A stretch of 60,124 nucleotides of DNA from Myxococcota bacterium. Its GTDB lineage: Bacteria > Myxococcota > JACRCW01. Shown in pieces: positions 20,101 to 30,018 of the stretch (positions are counted from its first letter, which is position 1; each line of letters opens with the position of its first letter). The stretch is taken from assembly GCA_040752415.1 (NCBI GenBank), contig JBFMGU010000027.1, positions 1 through 60,124 on the forward strand, in the 5' to 3' direction. Under the pieces are notes generated by a model that made no database searches, was not told where the DNA came from, and saw only the letters and a list, made by a program, of their open reading frames with translations. A program made the translations under genes and the position numbers.

Positions 20101-22540
20101 CACCTCCTCCCCGTCGACGAGCACCACGGCCTGCGCGCTGAACCCGCTACCGGACAGCGTCACCGTCGTGGTTTCGCTGGTGTAACCCGACGCGGGCGAG
20201 ACCAGCAGGAGCACGGGAGGCGGCGGCAGCAGGTAGGTGAACGCACCCGCCGCGGTGACCGCCTGGCCGTCGGGGTTGGTCACGGTGACGTCGACCGCGC
20301 CCTCCGCGTGGGGCGGGAACTCCGCCTGGAGCGTGGTGCCGCTGAGGAACGTGGTCACCGCCTCCACACCACCCGCGGAGACCACCACGCCGTCGCGGAA
20401 GGCGGAGCCGGTGATGGTCACGCGCGTGGTCTCCGTGGTGTAGCCCACGGTGGGGTCCAACGAGTCAATGACCGGCGGCGGCGGCGCCACGTAGGTGAAC
20501 GCGCCGGCCAGCGTCGAGGACTGGCCGTCCGGGTTGGTCAGCACCACGTCCACCGCGCCGGCGGCACGTGGGGGGAATTGCGCGTCGAGCTGGCTCTCGC
20601 TGACGAACGTGGTCTCCACCGCCACGCCGCCGACAAACGCGATGGCGCCGTCCTTGAAGCCCGTGCCGGAGAGCGTGACGCTGGTGGTACCCTCGGTGGA
20701 ACCTGAAGGCGGCACCACCGACGAGAGAACCGGCGGCGGGTCGAGCTGGGTGGAGGAATAGTAGGCGAAGCCGCCCGCCAGCGTGGCGCTCTTCCCATCG
20801 GGATTCACCAGCAGCACGTCGACGACGCCAGCGGTCCCCGGCGGGATCACCGCGGACATCACGGACGGTCCGTAGACGTAGACGCCGGAGGCCTGGTTGG
20901 GTCCGAAGTAAGAGGCTGGCCCCGGCGGTGAAGTTGGATCCGTTGATGGCCACCGTGCCGCCACCCGCCACCGGGGAGGTGTTGGGTGCCACCGACGTCA
21001 CGCTGGGCGCCGGCGCCGTGCTGGCGGGATCGAAATACGTGAACCCGAGCGGGAGGGTGACGGTGGTTCCGTCGGAGGCGCGCACCTGGACGTCCACGGG
21101 CCCCAGCGGACCTGGGGGCAGCGTGAAGGACAGCGAGGTGGCGCCCAGCACTCGCACGTTGGTGGCGGACGCGGAGCCCACCGTGACGGTGGCGCCGGCG
21201 GCAAAGCCCTGCCCAAAGGCGGACACCGTGATGCCGCCGCTGGCGGGACCCACGTTGGGCGCCACGCGCGTGAGCGTCAGCGACGAGCCCGCCGGCGGAG
21301 GATGGGTCTCGTCCGCGTACCAGAAGCCACCCGGCATGGCGTCGAGCTGGCCGTCCACGTTGGTGACCACCACCTCCGCAGCGCCCGCCGCCTGGCCAGG
21401 AGGCACCACGCCGGTGATGGCCGTCTCCGAGACCACCACCGCCGTCTGCAGCGCCTGACCACCAATGACGACGGAAGCGCCTGGCGCGAAGAACCGCCCG
21501 GCGATGGTGACGGTGATGCCGCCGGACATTTCCGAGAAGCTGGGATTGACGCCCAGCAACGCGGGTGGCGGAAGGAAGTAGTTGTACGCGTCGCCGAGGA
21601 TGGCGGTCTGTCCGTCCGGGTTGGTGACGGCAAAGGAGGCCAGACCGCGCGGGCCCGGCGGCGTGGTGAACGTCAGGCTGCCGTCGGCGCGCGCGGAAAT
21701 CTCGACGGGAACGCCGCCCAGGAACGCACGCACCTCCGGCGAGAATCCCGTGCCGGTAGCCACGGTGGTGATGCCGCCGGCCGTGGGGCCGTCCGCGGGG
21801 ACCAGCGCGGTGACCTGCGGTGCGGCGCCCGCCGTGGCGGGGTCGTAATAGGCGAACGCGCCGGGTGAGAGGTCGGAGCGGCCGTCGGGGTTGGACACCG
21901 CCACCCGGGCCGTGCCCACCGCGCCCTCGGGGAACACCGCGGTGAGGACGGTGGGATTCACAAACCACGTGGAGCGCGCCAGCCGCCCGCCCACAATGAC
22001 GACGGCGCCGGGCTGGAAGTCGGTCCCCAGCAACGTGGCCAGGGTGCCGCCGCTGGCGGGCCCGGTGTTGGGCGTGATCTCCGTGAGCGTGGGCGCAGGG
22101 GCCGCACCGTCCAGCAGCGTGAAGTAGGTGAAGCCGCCCGCGAACGTGGTCGAGTCGCCGTCCACGTTCTCCACGTGCACATCCACCGGCCCCGCGGTCC
22201 CCGGCGGCGTGGTGAGGGAGAGCGTCTGCCCGTCCGCCACGATGACGTCGGTGGCCTCGGCGTCACCGAACTTCACCCGCACCGACGACGCGAAGTTGTA
22301 GCCGCGAATGACCAGCACCGTGCCGCCCAGCGAGGGGCCCTTGTTGGGCTCCATTCGCGTGATGCCCACCGGCGGCGGAAGCTCCGACGGCGTGTGCGCG
22401 TTGGCGGAGCCGTCTGCCTGCCCCGTGGTGTCCGCGCCGGGATCCGGAGCGGAGAGCGGGGAATTGCCACCGCAATTGCACGCGTGGATGGTCAGGAACG
22501 CTGGAATCATCAGCGCCCGGAACACGACGGAAGTATGCAC
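14176..22540 (-). pseudogene. Giant IPT/TIG plus FG-GAP adhesin-like lipoprotein (~2,787 aa) interrupted by a +1 frameshift (real or sequencing error)
   Basis: ORFs 20465-22654 and 14176-20964 join by removing one A at 20910-20911, restoring GSNFTAGASLYFGPNQ in IPT repeat 6; 22 IPT repeats (xNPDGQ...FTY) and 14 DxDGDGxxD FG-GAP motifs; probable GTG start at 22540 with signal ending IHAC-NCG. Confidence 0.85.
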
Positions 22541-22787
22541 GATGCCGCCCCGTTGTGATGTGGATTGAACCCAGTAGAGCCAGTGCGTCTGATCGTTGTC
22601 AAAGCCTGTGGCAATCCCGCGCGGCTCATGCGCGGTGTGAGCCTTCACCCACATTCACCGCGGAAAACGGGTGCCCGGGTAGAGCGTTCCTCGAATCACG
22701 ACGTGATGGAGCCTGCCGAGCCCTGGCGGCGCATTCACGCACGGGCGTGGACGGGAGCACGCGGTCCGGCGGCGCGGAACCGCGGGA

Positions 22788-25700
22788 TCAAGAAGGAGGC
22801 CGCGCCTCACCCACCACGCGCACCTTGTGGGCCATGCGCCGGTCGGCATCCACGAGCGCGGCGCGGAACTCCGCGTAGCCCTTGGCGGGAATCCGACGTG
22901 ACTTGAAGTGGGTGACCTCGTCGACCGTGTACCCGTCGGGATTCACGGTGATGGTCTGCGTGAATTCGAAGTGCGGCGTGCTGACGCGCGTGGACTGCGG
23001 GAGGTTCTCCGCCTTCATGCCGGCAGGGAGCACGAAGCGCATGCGGTTGCGTGTCATCGACGGAAACGAGAGCACCAGGTCATGCGTGCGTGAAGCAATG
23101 CTGCCGTATTCCTGCTCCAGCTGGTGCGGGTACAGCGTGATTGGCAAGAGCATCGCTTCTCCGTCGGAGCCGCCGAACGCGGGAATCTCGGCGTCGAACC
23201 GGTACGCGACCGGCGCGTCCAGGTTGGCCATGTCGGAGAACTCCACCTGGCCCACGCGGGTGCCGGGATAGATGCCACTGAGCTCTCGCTCCAGGCGGGA
23301 ACGCTGCGTGGCGCGGTCCTGGTAGTCCATGCGGATCTCCGGGGCGCGTTGGCCGGTGAAGCGCTCCTCGCCGCGCAGCCGTGCGTTCCCGTCGGCGTCA
23401 ATCTCGATGACGTAGTCACTGTTGTTGGTGTTCTGCGTGGAGGGCGCCACGGCCGGGGTCACGCGCTCCACGCCACCGGATTGCACGTCCACTGCCAGGC
23501 TCAGCGCGTCCTGGTCCTGGTACGGCAGCTCCGCGGTGCCGGAGAACTCCGCGGTCCCGTCGATGAACAGCTTGCGCGAGGGGATGTACGCAATGGCGTG
23601 ATTGAAGCTCCACATCGACGGGAGGTCGACGAGCGGACCCTGGTTGGCGGTGCGCAGCAGGACCAGTCGCGCATCAATGCCCGCTTCCTTCAACAACGCC
23701 ACCAACAACGCCGCCTTGTCCTTGCAGTCCCCGTAGCCGCGCGCGTGCACCTGCGTGACCCGGTACGGCTTCCACCCGTGAATACCCAGCTCAATGCCCA
23801 CGTAACGCGTCTGCTGCAGCACGTAGCGGTGGATGCGCCGGATCTTCTCGACGTCATCCGGCACTCCCGCCACCAGCCGCCCCACCACCGCGCGCAGCTC
23901 ATCGTCGAGGACGAACTGCTCCCGCACCAGGTTGGTGTACCAGCGGCCCAGGTCCTCCCAGCGCCCGTAGCTGCTGAACATCGCGTAGGCGCCCACCTCC
24001 GTGTACGCGGGCATGTGCGGCTCCAACACCAGCGCCGGGAGGTCACGCGCGGAGAGCCGGTAGACGGTCCAGCCGTTCTTCACTTCGGTGGTGACGTCGG
24101 GAAGGCGCACGGAACGGTAGGAGAGCGGGCGTGAGGTTGGCGCTTCCACCACCAGCTCATAGCGGGCCTTGGGGAACTGCTCCTGCGCATATTCGATGAG
24201 CCCGAAGAAGTCGCCGAACAGGTTGCGCTCACCCACGGCGTCGACACGGTAGCGGAAGCGGACGATGTCTCCGGCCTGCAGCGTGCCGAAGTTGGCGGTG
24301 ACCCTGCGCACGTCCGTGTACACGCCCATCTGGCGACCCACCGGATCCTGCTCCCGGATCTCCGCCTCGAAGACCTCACCCGCCGCGGTGACGCGCTCGG
24401 CACGGAGCACCTCGAACGTCTCCCGCCCCGGCACGTACGACGCCGTCAGCTCACGCAGCAGCGGTGCCTTGGCGCGGTCCAGGAGCCGGTAGGCCATGTC
24501 CACCACCTGGCTGCTGAGCCCGCTCTCGAGGAGCCGGTGCGCAATGACGTGGCCCAGCGCGTACCCACCCGCGGCCTGCGCACCCGGCGGCGGGACCATC
24601 TCCGCAAGCCGCGCGACGTCGAGCTGGTGCCGATCCTCGAACCGGTCCTCCCCGCTGAGCGCCTCCACGTGTCGACGGAGCGCGGCGTTCTGGGGACGGA
24701 TGAGCAGGCTCTCCCGGTACGCGGCAATGGCGCGTGGGACGTCCTGGCTGCGCTGTCGCATCTCGCCTAGCTGTTCCCACACGTCGGGGGAATCCGGGTG
24801 TTGCGCCAGGAAGCGCTCCAACAACGCCTGCGCCTCCGCACCGCGCCCCACGGAAAGCAGCGTGGAGGATTCCTCCGCCGCCAGGCGACGGTTGTGCGGA
24901 TCCAACGCGCGCGCCGCGGCCAGCTCGACGAGCAGCGCGTTCATGTCGCCCTTCCGACGAGCCACGTCCATCACCACGTGTCGCGCGGTGCGGTGGGCGG
25001 GACGGATGGAACGCAGCTTGAGCGCGCGTTGATGCGCACGGGAGAGCGCGCCGCGGTTCTGCTCCAGCATCATCAACGTCTCCAACGCCGTCACCGTGGG
25101 ACGTCGACGCACCAGCGCATCCATGTCCCGCACGGCCTGGTTGGGATCCGCGGAGACGTTGAAACGCAGCTCATGCAAGGAAGCCGCGGCGGTGGTCAGC
25201 GACCGGTCCACGTTCACCGCGCGTTGCAGCAGCTCGCGGGCTTCCGTGTTCAGCTCCTGTCGCAGCCGCAGGCGGCCCAGGCCCAGCCACGCGGGGGCAA
25301 AGTTGGCGTCCAGCGTGGTGGCATTCTGGTACAGCTCGCGCGCGCGATTGACGTCGCGAGGAGCCCACTCGTCGGCCATGGCGGTGAGCAGGTACGGGTC
25401 GGTGGGTGCTTCGCGTAGCGCGGCTTCCAGGGCCAGGATGCGCGGCAGCGGCTCCACGCGCTCGTCGTCAAGGTGCAGCGCGCGACGCAGGCGGAACACT
25501 TCTTCCAGCGCCAACGCACGGGGAATGCCGGGGTCGCGTGCGCGTGCTTCCACCTCGCTGAGCGGGTCCCACGCCGGGGTCTGGGCGGGAGCATGCACCG
25601 CCGCGCGCGCCTGCGGCTCGACGGAAGGATCCAGGGAAGCCTCCCAGTCGGGCAGCGGGCTTCCGTCGGGAGCGGTGAGCCGCGCGAGCAGGTTCCATCC

Positions 25701-26486
25701 GCCCCGGAGCTGACCCACCTTGATGAGCAGCCGGTTCCATCCCGCGCGCAGCCGCATGGCCACGGTGTGTTGATCCAGCGCCACGTTGTGCAGCTCATCC
25801 GCCACCAGCAGCGCCTCGCCGTTGAGCATCACCTTCAGCTGGTCGGTCGAGCCCACGCGCAGCGCCGCGTCCTGCTCCACGTTGCTGCGGATGAACACCA
25901 GCGCGTAGGCCGCCACCTCGTCGCTGGGCCACAGGTGGTCGTGCAGGGCCAGGATGCCGCCGGGTCCCACGTCGTCCACGCGACGCCACGCCACGGCACG
26001 GCTCAGCCCATCCCACGTCCTGGTCAGCGTGGTGTCGTCTTCCGGACCGTGGTTCACGGTGAGCCCGGCGCCGCCGGAATTCTCGAACGGGCCCAGCACC
26101 CAGTAGCCACCGAGCAGACCAAGGGCCTTCCGCTGCGCGGCCGCCTGTGCCAGGTCGCCCTGCTCCAACGCCAGCTGCATCAGCAGGTAGCGCGCGTGGT
26201 CACGGACCACCGGGTGCGAGACGGGAGCGTTGGCCACGCGGTTCAGCCACTGGGCCAGGCTCCGCGCCTCCGTCTCCTCGTCGCGCATCTCGAAGCGGTC
26301 GTGGAGGTAGCCCAGCGCCCGCGCGTGGTCGCGTGCACCGTCGACGGCGGCTTCCAGCTCCTGCAGCCGGTTCTCGATGCCACGCCACTTGCGGGCGCCC
26401 GGCTCCGCGTTGCCATTGCGCGCCCAAACGTGCAGCGGCACGACGAGCGACAGGACCACACCGAGCGCGGCAAGCCACGGTGTCAC
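22788..26486 (-). CDS. Secreted TPR-DUF3857-transglutaminase-like protein with an intact Cys-His-Asp triad
   Basis: Signal peptide from GTG 26486; YWVLGPF domain; TPRs; RYVGIELGIHGWKPY, GYGDCKDKA, FNHAIAY and FIDGTA motifs. Confidence 0.9.
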   Translation of the reverse strand: MTPWLAALGVVLSLVVPLHVWARNGNAEPGARKWRGIENRLQELEAAVDGARDHARALGYLHDRFEMRDEETEARSLAQWLNRVANAPVSHPVVRDHARYLLMQLALEQGDLAQAAAQRKALGLLGGYWVLGPFENSGGAGLTVNHGPEDDTTLTRTWDGLSRAVAWRRVDDVGPGGILALHDHLWPSDEVAAYALVFIRSNVEQDAALRVGSTDQLKVMLNGEALLVADELHNVALDQHTVAMRLRAGWNRLLIKVGQLRGGWNLLARLTAPDGSPLPDWEASLDPSVEPQARAAVHAPAQTPAWDPLSEVEARARDPGIPRALALEEVFRLRRALHLDDERVEPLPRILALEAALREAPTDPYLLTAMADEWAPRDVNRARELYQNATTLDANFAPAWLGLGRLRLRQELNTEARELLQRAVNVDRSLTTAAASLHELRFNVSADPNQAVRDMDALVRRRPTVTALETLMMLEQNRGALSRAHQRALKLRSIRPAHRTARHVVMDVARRKGDMNALLVELAAARALDPHNRRLAAEESSTLLSVGRGAEAQALLERFLAQHPDSPDVWEQLGEMRQRSQDVPRAIAAYRESLLIRPQNAALRRHVEALSGEDRFEDRHQLDVARLAEMVPPPGAQAAGGYALGHVIAHRLLESGLSSQVVDMAYRLLDRAKAPLLRELTASYVPGRETFEVLRAERVTAAGEVFEAEIREQDPVGRQMGVYTDVRRVTANFGTLQAGDIVRFRYRVDAVGERNLFGDFFGLIEYAQEQFPKARYELVVEAPTSRPLSYRSVRLPDVTTEVKNGWTVYRLSARDLPALVLEPHMPAYTEVGAYAMFSSYGRWEDLGRWYTNLVREQFVLDDELRAVVGRLVAGVPDDVEKIRRIHRYVLQQTRYVGIELGIHGWKPYRVTQVHARGYGDCKDKAALLVALLKEAGIDARLVLLRTANQGPLVDLPSMWSFNHAIAYIPSRKLFIDGTAEFSGTAELPYQDQDALSLAVDVQSGGVERVTPAVAPSTQNTNNSDYVIEIDADGNARLRGEERFTGQRAPEIRMDYQDRATQRSRLERELSGIYPGTRVGQVEFSDMANLDAPVAYRFDAEIPAFGGSDGEAMLLPITLYPHQLEQEYGSIASRTHDLVLSFPSMTRNRMRFVLPAGMKAENLPQSTRVSTPHFEFTQTITVNPDGYTVDEVTHFKSRRIPAKGYAEFRAALVDADRRMAHKVRVVGEARPPS

Positions 26487-26533
26487 CTGGTTTTCTCGAC
26501 GGGGGAAGACGTTGTGGCGGGAGCGCGTCCTGG

Positions 26534-29500
26534 TCACTGGACCTCGAACGACACCGGCTCGCTCAGGGTGCGCGCGCGCCAATGCGGCTCACCCAGGCGG
26601 TCATTGGTGTGGTCGTTGTACTGGAATCCGTCCTCGTCGAAGATGGCGTAGAAGCCCACCTGGAAGAGGTTCTGGCCCGGCTGCAGGTCGGTCACGCTGG
26701 GCGCGCCGGTGAGGTCGGGGATGTCAAACTCGGTGACGTCACCGGGCAGCAGGATGGACCAACGCGGCTCGATGTTCTGGTCGTCCACACGCTCACCAAT
26801 GTCCAGCGTGATGAAGCTGGCCGTCTGGCTGGGCGCGTTCCAACGGAAGCGACGACCTTGCAGCACCGTCCCGTTGCCCGGCGTGAAACCGCTGGGGAAC
26901 TGGAACCAGCCGTTGATGTCCGCCTGCAGCGTCGAGACATTCCGCAGCCACACCTCGCTCTGCGGCTGCGTGTAACCCACGATGTTGTTGCCCTGATCCA
27001 GCACCGGCGCCGCGGAGATGCCGCGCAGGATGTACTTGATGTCGTTGCCGGGCGCGGGCAGCGCCGTGGGAACCACGTTCATGAAGTCGCCGGGCGAGTA
27101 GTAGAAGAACCCCGCGGCGGGCTTGGAGAACTGCGAGGTGAAGCTGGCCTGGTCGCGGATGTCGTTGAAGAACGTGAAGATGCCGCTGGCGCCCACGTCG
27201 AGGATGGCGTCGATGGTGCGCGCGGTGGAGCCCACGCCGCCCAGGGAAGGCGCGCCCGTCATGGTCATGTTCATGCCCGGCGTCACCGTGCGGTTCACCA
27301 GGATGTTGTGACCCGGGTTGGTGCCCGCCTGCACGAACACGTCCGGCTTGAGGCCCACCGCCGACGCCGTCACCGCCACCAGCCCCTCGCCTTCCTGGTT
27401 GGGCTGCTGCGGGCTGCCGGGCTCACACGCGCCGTTCCGTGAGTCGTAGAAGTAGACGGCGGCCATCAGGGCCACGCGGGTGTTGGGCGTGGCGTCGATG
27501 GTGAACTGCTGCGGCAGCGGGTTGTTGATGCCGTCGGGCGTGATGTCGCAATCCCCGTTCTCGCTGACGACGTTGAATTGACCCGGATGGATGGGGCTCA
27601 GGCCCTGGTCGGGCTCGGAGACGTAGACCACGGCCAGGCGCTTGATCTGGCCCGGTGCGGCACCTTGCGGGTAACCCGCGCCCTGGAAGTCCACGTAGCC
27701 GCTGATCTGCGCCGGCGTGGGACCAGACACCTGCGCGGGATTGATGGGCAGTAGCGCAAAGGTGATTTCCGACGCGTCGAGGCGGACGCGCGCCTGGTTC
27801 TCATAGCCCTCACGCGCGGCGGTGATGGTGACGGGACCGGTGAGCGTCTCGGTGGCGAGCACGGTCATGCCCTTGGCGTCGGTGGTGCGACGCACCGGGG
27901 CATTGGCCCACGACGGCCCCACGAACACCTCCGCGCCCTGCACGCGCTCCCCGGTGTCCTGGCGCACGACGGAGACGCTGATGTTGCGACTGATGGGGCC
28001 ACCGCCCACGTTGCCGTAGCGCGTGGTGTGGTCCACGTACTCGACGTTGATCTCACCAATGGCCAGCGCGGGATTGAGCGGCTGCGTGTCCTCCACCCGG
28101 AAGCGCACCACGCCGGCCTGCTGGCGCTGCGGCATGACGACGCGCAGGCGGTTGGGGGCCAGCCAGGTGACGTTGGGAATCTCGGTCTGCTCGTCGCCCA
28201 GGGTCACGCGCATGCGACCAGCCACGAAGCCGCTGCCAATGGCATCCACGATGGTGCCGCCGGCGATGCTGACCGTGGGCGGGTCCAGCTGCGTTACGCG
28301 CACCGCCTCCACGAACTCGAACGCGTCGACGGAGGGCTCGCTGGTGTCGAACTCGCTGCTCACCGTGACGTCGACAAAGCCAATGGGATGCGCGGGGATC
28401 TTGCAGGTGATGCGGTTGGTGACCACGCGCGTGACCTCGGTGGCCTGGAGTCCGTCGAACTGCACGCCCATGCCCTCCGGCATGAAGCCTTCACCGGTGA
28501 TGGTGACCAGGTCTCCACCGACGGTGGCGCCCTTGATCGGACTGATCTCGAAGATGGCGGGGCGCACGAAGTAGGTGAAACCGCCCGGCTTGGTGGACGT
28601 CTGCCCGCCCACGGTGAGGTTGATGGCCACGTCCTCGAAGACGGCGCCGTTGGCGGGTGTGTACGCCGGGATGCCCACGCGCAGTCGCCGTCCGTCGGGT
28701 GAGATGTCCAGCACGTTGGCGTCGACGTTGCCAAAGCGCACGGAGCGCGTGGCGGAGAGGTTCAAGCCGGTGGCCGCAATGTCCGTGAACCCGCCGCCCG
28801 TGCTGCGTCCCTTGCGCGGCGAGGCGTACAGCACGCGCACCGCGGTGTCCGACGCCGTGACGTAGGTGAACGCGCCGGCCGCGCGCCCCTCGTCGCCGGG
28901 AGAGCGACGCACGATGACGTCGGTGACGCCAGCAGCGCCCACGGGCGCGGTGCAGGTGAGCTTGGTGTCGCTGATGATGGTGAGGCCGGCGCACTGGCCC
29001 GTGCCAAAGAGCACCTCGGTGACGCCGGTGAAGCCGGAGCCGGTGATGGTGACCGGGAGCGTCTCGTCGTCAAAGCCGGCGTCCGGGTCCAGGCGCGTGA
29101 TGCGGATGGGCGGAGTCACCTGCAGCTCCACGGTGCCAAACTCGTTGTCGCCGTTGGTGATGGTGAGCTGGTAGGTGCCCACGGCCAGCGGCGGGATGGT
29201 GACGGGAACCGCCAGCTCCGTGCCCTGCCCCACGGTGGCGTTGGCCTGCGTGGCGCCGGTGATGCGCGCGCTCAACGGCGGGAGGAAGCCCTTGCCGCGC
29301 ACCGTCAACGTGGTCTCCGCGTCGGCGGACATGCGCGGCGGGTCCAGCTGCTCGATCACCACCTGCGCCACGTAGGTGAACGCATTGGGCAGCGAAGCGG
29401 TTCCGCCCGCAGCGCTCACCTCGACGGTGGCCGTGCCGCGCTGCCCCGGCGGGCTGGTGACGGTGAGCTGCTTTCCGTCGCCACTGGGCTGCACGGCAGT

Positions 29501-29713
29501 GGCCTTGCTGACGCCGAACTTCACCTCCACCACGTCGGCGAGATTCTCCCCGGTGAGGATGATGGGCTGGCCGCCCTTGTAGTCACCCTTGATGGGACTG
29601 ACGGAGAGCAGCACCGGCGCGGGAGGCTTGGGCTTCTCCTCCGAGGGAGGGCACGCCGTCAGGAGCAACGCAACGGGAACGGTCAGCGGATATGCAAGGC
29701 GGGAGCGGAGCAT
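26534..29713 (-). CDS. IPT/TIG repeat lipoprotein (~6 IPT domains plus beta-sandwich C-terminal region)
   Basis: Start ATG 29713 (MLRSRL...LLTAC-PP lipobox); repeated P..G...GG..ITITG..F...FTY units. Confidence 0.88.
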   Translation of the reverse strand: MLRSRLAYPLTVPVALLLTACPPSEEKPKPPAPVLLSVSPIKGDYKGGQPIILTGENLADVVEVKFGVSKATAVQPSGDGKQLTVTSPPGQRGTATVEVSAAGGTASLPNAFTYVAQVVIEQLDPPRMSADAETTLTVRGKGFLPPLSARITGATQANATVGQGTELAVPVTIPPLAVGTYQLTITNGDNEFGTVELQVTPPIRITRLDPDAGFDDETLPVTITGSGFTGVTEVLFGTGQCAGLTIISDTKLTCTAPVGAAGVTDVIVRRSPGDEGRAAGAFTYVTASDTAVRVLYASPRKGRSTGGGFTDIAATGLNLSATRSVRFGNVDANVLDISPDGRRLRVGIPAYTPANGAVFEDVAINLTVGGQTSTKPGGFTYFVRPAIFEISPIKGATVGGDLVTITGEGFMPEGMGVQFDGLQATEVTRVVTNRITCKIPAHPIGFVDVTVSSEFDTSEPSVDAFEFVEAVRVTQLDPPTVSIAGGTIVDAIGSGFVAGRMRVTLGDEQTEIPNVTWLAPNRLRVVMPQRQQAGVVRFRVEDTQPLNPALAIGEINVEYVDHTTRYGNVGGGPISRNISVSVVRQDTGERVQGAEVFVGPSWANAPVRRTTDAKGMTVLATETLTGPVTITAAREGYENQARVRLDASEITFALLPINPAQVSGPTPAQISGYVDFQGAGYPQGAAPGQIKRLAVVYVSEPDQGLSPIHPGQFNVVSENGDCDITPDGINNPLPQQFTIDATPNTRVALMAAVYFYDSRNGACEPGSPQQPNQEGEGLVAVTASAVGLKPDVFVQAGTNPGHNILVNRTVTPGMNMTMTGAPSLGGVGSTARTIDAILDVGASGIFTFFNDIRDQASFTSQFSKPAAGFFYYSPGDFMNVVPTALPAPGNDIKYILRGISAAPVLDQGNNIVGYTQPQSEVWLRNVSTLQADINGWFQFPSGFTPGNGTVLQGRRFRWNAPSQTASFITLDIGERVDDQNIEPRWSILLPGDVTEFDIPDLTGAPSVTDLQPGQNLFQVGFYAIFDEDGFQYNDHTNDRLGEPHWRARTLSEPVSFEVQ

Positions 29714-29862
29714 GGGGGGCAGTATAGGAGGGGCCGCCGCCGGGGCCACAACCTCGTCAGCGGCCCTTCCACAGGACCCGCCCTCGCACATTTCGCGGCC
29801 CCTCCTCCGACGTGGACCAAGGCAATGCGCCCTTTTCCCTACATGGTCCGTTTCCTGACCGA

Positions 29863-29878
29863 TGGCCTCGACCTTGCA
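29863..29878 (+). promoter_or_regulatory. Candidate sigma54 (-24/-12) promoter for the DUF2330 gene
   Basis: TGGCCTCGACCTTGCA has GG-N10-GC spacing and matches TGGC-N7-TTGC, ~140 bp upstream of the start. Confidence 0.35.
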
Positions 29879-30018
29879 GCCCGGACGCACCAGATTCCAA
29901 CGACGCCAGGGAACCGGGGTGATTCCCATGGAGGTGATGCACGCGTGCATCAGGCACGTGCTGCCAGGTCGCATCACCGCAGCGTCGCGTATTTCCGGCC
30001 CCCATGGAGCTAACAGAC

